NCBI GenBank assembly: GCA_012026655.1
Contig: JAAILG010000015.1
Location: 62,001-126,000 of the forward strand
Length of the DNA: 64,000 bases
Reading direction: 5' to 3'
DNA from: Hydrolagus affinis
Lineage: Eukaryota
Part shown: piece after piece, positions 62,981-64,000 of the stretch
Layout of the letters: each line of letters starts with the position of its first letter
Position numbering within the stretch: the stretch's first letter is position 1
Position numbers and translations under genes: made by a program
The notes under the pieces: generated by a model
Databases searched by the model: none
The model's input: only the letters and a program-made list of their open reading frames with translations
What the model was told of the DNA's origin: nothing

Positions 62981-64000
62981 AGTACAGAACATCCCCATTG
63001 GTTTTGGGCTGGTTAATGTGGCCGTGGATTATATCGTAGCGTCACTGAGGTCCAAGCCAGCCTCTCAGCTCACCTCATTTGTTGGTGTTATTAGCCCTAG
63101 GATGCTTCACTTGACCTAGTCACTCGTTGTAATGATATGATCTGTCGTGATCGCTGCTAAATCGCTCAATTCCACAGCGTTCACCTGAACGGTGTCCTTC
63201 CGCAATGTGAACTTTTTTTTTATGATTCTGTGATTCATCCTTGTGAGCGTGGAATACACTGTAAGTACATTTGTTACAGTGACACAAAATTACTGTCAGT
63301 GTTATAGTCACTGCAGCAATAAAGCTCCCGCTCAGTGCATGAGGGAGAGAGAGAGAGAGAGAAAAAAACCTGGCAGATTGCAATTGAAATAGATTTTTCA
63401 CTATGTTGCTTCTTGCCAGATGGGATTCATTACAGGTTTATTTGGACACGAGCAAAACAGACATCCTCCATCTCTCAGCCTGGCTTTTGGTGATTAATAC
63501 ACTGGCTACTGCCTGTTGTATCATCTGGCATAGTGCTGCTCCCCGGCTATCCCCAACTGATACCTGCAGGAATGGAATACCTGACTCTTCCTCCCCAAGT
63601 TTCCTCTGGGAACATCTGCAAACAAGTGCGAGACACCGGAGCGGTCAGTCCGTTTTTCACTGGGTAGCCCGTCAGTGTCAGCGTTTTTTAAATGCCCCTG
63701 TCCCTGATAAATTGCTCGTGAGCCCTTGGTGGCTTTGGTTTGCTCAAACAACCTCACGAGCCCACGGGGTCTCCAGAAAGACATCTGGCGAAATCCATTA
63801 TTGTCCTTCTGGTAAGAAAATAAATTCTCCAGGTGTTAACTGGTGTAAAGATTTAACTTCTTTACTTTTGTCATTTCCAAAGTTAATTATTCACTACTTG
63901 TGTTATCGTTAATAAAATTGCTGCTGCTGGAATCCACCGAGTTCTGGAGTGAGAAGAACATTTACCCACAAAATGCACAGTCACTCTACTCGACAGTAAA

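Noticed and set aside
63403-63912. Longest ORF in the track (169 aa, +)
   Set aside because: No recognisable domain or coding-like composition; an ORF of this length can arise by chance in 64 kb.
1-64000. CRISPR array, operon or prokaryotic defence system
   Set aside because: No regularly spaced repeat-spacer array and no gene-dense coding DNA; the repeats are vertebrate retroposons.

Overview
This is eukaryotic, AT-rich, repeat-dense non-coding DNA (a large intron or intergenic region), not prokaryotic. The repeats resemble those I recall from cartilaginous fish, most closely holocephalans (elephant shark/chimaera). They include many tRNA-headed SINEs with an L2-type tail ending GCAAGG(ATT)n, older Deu-domain SINEs, L2 and CR1 LINE fragments, a Penelope-like terminal fragment and degenerate palindromic MITE-like elements. 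This taxonomic call is pattern recognition, not a database result. No protein-coding gene can be identified with confidence; the recognisable ORFs are LINE remnants. The most notable observations are: (1) a ~610-bp head-to-head foldback of two old SINE copies whose arms are ~94% identical (22508-23120); (2) a hammerhead-ribozyme core in a Penelope-like terminus (6301-6341, minus); (3) a 5'-inverted L2 with twin-priming geometry (35775-36510); (4) a 36-nt U2 snRNA 5' fragment (6898-6933); (5) a phase-compatible but unrecognised plus-strand candidate exon chain (7434-17672); and (6) further isolated inverted-repeat pairs. I see no evidence that proves a new multi-gene system.
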